From NCBI GenBank assembly GCA_963693365.1, contig CAVNZM010000007.1:434001-498000 (forward strand): 64,000 nt of DNA, given 5' to 3'. A program made the translations under genes and the position numbers. Within the stretch, counting starts at the first letter, position 1. Every line of letters starts with the position of its first letter. The notes beneath the pieces are model-generated. The model saw only the letters and a program-made list of their open reading frames with translations, made no database searches and was not told where the DNA came from. Shown piece by piece: positions 60,557 to 64,000 of the stretch. This DNA is from Amoebidium appalachense. Lineage: Eukaryota; Protista; Ichthyosporea.

Positions 60557-61321
60557 TGTTGGAGTACACTGGTACTCCCGGCTAGCAATGTCTGTTAGAG
60601 AAAGTTTCTGAGCAATTGAATAATTGTTTCAACACTCACTCGAGTGCATAGAGCTTTTGTTTACGGTCATATTCATATATGGTAGTTATATGTTTGAGCC
60701 AAAACTGTACCAATGACGAGCTTCACTAGCAACGTGCTAATTGTGCTCATTAATTAATATTCCCGGTTCAGATGATGTCATGTCTATATTTGCCACAGGA
60801 TTCTATTCTTAGAGTGGTAGTGTGCTTTATTCCCGGATATTCTCAGAATATTTTTAGTTGTGTGAAGTAAGATTTACGTTTAACTGCAATTGGTGTGTTA
60901 AACACGTTTATTTGTGTGCTTTAGTGCAAGTTAACTAGCCACTCAACGTGCACAGTTAACTTTTATATCTTTAACGACTTGTTTTCATTGTGCTCTCTTT
61001 TCGGCCATGCTGTCCATGGCCCACCACCAGGGTGCACACGAGGCCACCATGAGGTGGCCAACGACTATATAAAGCAGTGCCTCCCATGTCACAAACATGG
61101 GAAGCAGAACGTTTGATTTACACTTTTCTACTGTCGTTTTCAGTGCACAAAACACATAGACAAGTTACCCATCATACACGACACTATGTCTGACAACTTA
61201 CAGTTGCAGCAACTAGTCCAACTACTGGAGCAGAGGTTGGCCTCACAAGATGCAATCATTTCTGACTTACAGAAGGAACAACGTGCACTAGAACTAGCTT
61301 CTATGAACACGATGTCCAACA
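60557..61321 (+). repeat. LTR-A (3'), preceded by PPT gagtagggg
   Basis: Direct repeat of 54747-55511 at offset 5810. Confidence 0.95.
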
Positions 61322-62049
61322 GGGGGGGGGGGAAGGAGAAAGAGCAGCACGAACAAACAAAACCAAAACAAGCAAACAATGCGGGCAAGAAGCCCCAACA
61401 TCAAAAAGTCAAACACAGCAACCCGACAGAAGAGAACAAGGGTGTGGAGTGAGAGGCCCAAAAAGGACCCCAACAGAAAAAAGGGGGCACCACACCAAAC
61501 CAACCAACCAAATGCCGAGAGAAACAGGACAAAGAGCCGGTACCCACCATGGGTGCAACATGCAAGATCACATGTGAGCACAAGAAACGAAACACGGAAA
61601 CAACAGCAGCCATAGGACAAAGAGCCCCAGACCCACAGGGTCTGCCTCAACTATTCCTAACAGGACAAAGAGCCGACCCACCAGAAACGAAAACGGAAAC
61701 AACAGCAGCCAAGGACAAGAGCCGACCCACACAGCAAACTCCGGAAGAGCCAACGAATTGGGGCGGCGAATGGCAATAGAACCCCTGCCGCCAAAGGAAC
61801 GCCATGGATGCAATAATATTGCTGGTATGTCAATGTATACAGTACCAATACCCTCATTGTCATATCCCGCTGATATGAATATATATCTAGTATTGTTACA
61901 CGCACTGAGTGCCATACATTACCATGCAACTCGAGCCGGCACCAACGCGAAACAACACCAATCAACAGAAATGATATGGATATACTGTATTCGCATATGC
62001 ACAGAACGCATTATATTAGCAATATTATAGAAATACAAGATTTAAATTT

Positions 62050-63446
62050 TATGAAAAACTACTCCGGGACGTGTGTTGCCTCTAGGGGGACATCCCCTTG
62101 GACGAAAGTGAACCTGCAATGGTTGTAAACCACGGCAAGCCCCCAGTCATCAATTTATTGATCCGTGAGGTCCATGTGCCCAAAAAACGGGGGAAGGCTT
62201 CGCCCCGTGAAAAAACAGCACGTATGTGTGGATCAATGGGGGTTGTGTGTGGGTGTAGGTGGGTGGGTGAAAAGGAATATATAGCTGTAAGGTGTGGATG
62301 CTAAACACAGAAGATGTGTTTGTAGCTTGCTGATCTGCTAAAAACTGTCGTGCTTATATACCTAAGCCTACCGATCTGAACCAATCAAAAATCGATCTAG
62401 TGATATGTGAAATCTGATCCGAGCCAATCATAACTCGGTCTAGTGATTGTGGTATTGATGTTTTGACTGGCTAATAGGTGCCCGTGTGCGGGCAGCCAAC
62501 CGCTAACTGCTAAAAAGAAATGAAGCCTACATGGTTATGTTGGTATCGAACACCCATCCTACGTGTTACCAGAAAAATATTATTAATAATTCCACAAATA
62601 AACCAAGAAAAAAACCAATAAAATCGCGAGTGATAAGAATGATACATAAACAGAGGTGATAATACACTCCCAACACATTACAAATAGAATATGTAAGTAG
62701 TCCAATCAAGAACATAAGCCATACGAAGATACCACCACCATAAAGATATAATGTTGATAATGCATATATATTATAAATATCACACTCTATGAAAACTACT
62801 TCGGGACGTGTGTTGCCTCTAGGGGGACATCCCCTTGGACGAAAGTGAACCTGCAATGGTTGTAAACCACGGCAAGCCCCCAGTCATCAATTTATTGATC
62901 CGTGAGGTCCATGTGCCCAAAAAACGGGGGAAGTCTTCACCCCGTGCGTGAAAAAACAGCACGTATGTGTGGATCAATGGGGGTTGTGTGTGGGTGTAGG
63001 TGGGTGGGTGAAAAGGAATATATAGCTGTAAGGCTGTGGATGCTAAACACAGAAGATGTGTTTGTAGCTTGCTGATCTGCTAAAAACTGTCGTGCTTATA
63101 TACCTAAGCCTACCGATCTGAGCCAATCAAAAATCGATCTAGTGATATGTGAAATTTGATCCGAGCCAATCATAACTCGGTCTAGTGATCTGTGGTATCT
63201 GATGTTTTGACTGGCTAATAGGTGCCCGTGTGCGGGCAGCCAACCGCTAACTGCTAAAACACGAAATGAAGCCTACATGGTTATGTTGGTATCGAACACC
63301 CATCCTACGTGTTTACCCAGAAAAATATTTATGTCAATAATTTCCACAAATAAAACCTCTATGAAAACTACTTCGGGACGTGTGTTGCCTCTAGGGGGAC
63401 ATCCCCTTGGACGAAAGTGAACCTGCAATGGTTGTAAACCACGGCA
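62050..63446 (-). repeat. Split direct repeats at the 3' end of a DIRS-group (Ngaro-like) element
   Basis: An ~87-bp block occurs at 62050-62137, ~62788-62874 and 63360-63446. A ~470-bp block with CCAAT/TATA motifs occurs at 62138-62602 and 62875-63354. Confidence 0.85.
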
Positions 63447-63474
63447 CGAGAGCAGTATGCTTGCTCCAAAGGTT

Positions 63475-64000
63475 TCACTTAAGAATAGAGGCGAATACAC
63501 GTGTGGTGGTGGCAGCAATGGAGGCCGGACGAAGTCGAGTATAGATCAGGAAGCAGTCGGAGGACCACCGGCCGAGTTGTTTGATCCGGGAGTCGTCGAC
63601 CCCGGCCTCAGCCAGTGCTGTGGCCCCCCCGATGCGGAGGCTGTGTCCGGCAAACCGGGAGGGTGAGAGGCCTGCCCGGGAGAGGAGGGCACGGAAATCG
63701 GCAGAGAAAGCACTCTTGGTGTAGGGGATGCCACCGAGACTGAAGAGGGGGTCGTCGGGTTGACCGGACGTTGTAGCCAGGAACTGCCGGAGGAGATGGG
63801 CTGGGGAGAAGTGGGTGAGGGGCAGGGCAGCTAGGGTGACGTTGACACCTCGGGCCTGTACATCCGTCTTAGAGGTTGGCAGGTGGAGGGTGGCATGGGA
63901 CAAAGTCCCGGTGGGGGTGTAGCTGAAGGTCACGTCCTTCCGTTTAACGTGACGGGACGGGTCGAAAGAAGTCAGGGTCTTGGAGGTAAATTCCCCTGAA
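63475..64000 (-). CDS. Tyrosine recombinase of a DIRS/Ngaro retroelement (C-terminal part; runs off the window)
   Basis: SKTD, GHSLRIGGAT and LGRWSSDCFLIY: catalytic H-x-x-R, W and Y residues typical of DIRS-type YR. Confidence 0.92.
   Translation of the reverse strand, partial: SGEFTSKTLTSFDPSRHVKRKDVTFSYTPTGTLSHATLHLPTSKTDVQARGVNVTLAALPLTHFSPAHLLRQFLATTSGQPDDPLFSLGGIPYTKSAFSADFRALLSRAGLSPSRFAGHSLRIGGATALAEAGVDDSRIKQLGRWSSDCFLIYTRLRPASIAATTTRVFASILK

Larger units (their letters stand above)
54747..61321 (+). mobile_element. Composite Ty1/Copia LTR retrotransposon, 6575 bp, with three LTRs (A-B-A)
   Basis: Outer LTRs 54747-55511 and 60557-61321 (TGTTGG...CCAACA, 765 bp, 3 mismatches seen), G-runs on both flanks, internal LTR-B 55814-56205, two PBS and two PPT. 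Confidence 0.93.

Noticed and set aside
61312-61335. 3' LTR truncated by a poly-G insertion
   Set aside because: The LTR is complete (ends CCAACA like the 5' copy); the G-run is flanking target DNA.

Overview
Eukaryotic genomic DNA, probably from a protist or unicellular opisthokont; the organism cannot be fixed from the sequence. Bases 1-47.3 kb hold six spliceosomal-intron genes in three head-to-head pairs: a glutathionyl-hydroquinone reductase/GST-omega-like gene (partial) with a GH20 beta-hexosaminidase, a LENG8/THP3 (SAC3/GANP) gene with RFC4, and CMSS1/CMS1 with an SH3-RING-TRAF-zinc-finger gene. Their introns are saturated with poly-G/poly-C tracts and (CA)n/(GT)n repeats. They also host a 5'-truncated non-LTR RT element, a TA-flanked MITE, minisatellites, degenerate 'echo' copies of real exon junctions, and three related copies of an unidentified structured element. 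Bases 48-64 kb are a transposon cluster: an LTR fragment, a NotI-rich 34-bp array, a decayed Ty3/Gypsy pol, a young Ty1/Copia and the 3' end of a DIRS/Ngaro tyrosine-recombinase element. The Copia has an unusual three-LTR layout: LTR-A, PBS, mini-internal region, PPT, unrelated LTR-B, PBS, gag-pol, PPT, LTR-A. The strongest novelty candidates are this composite Copia, the intronic structured-RNA-like family and the exon-junction echoes. Most ORF-track entries are microsatellite artefacts.
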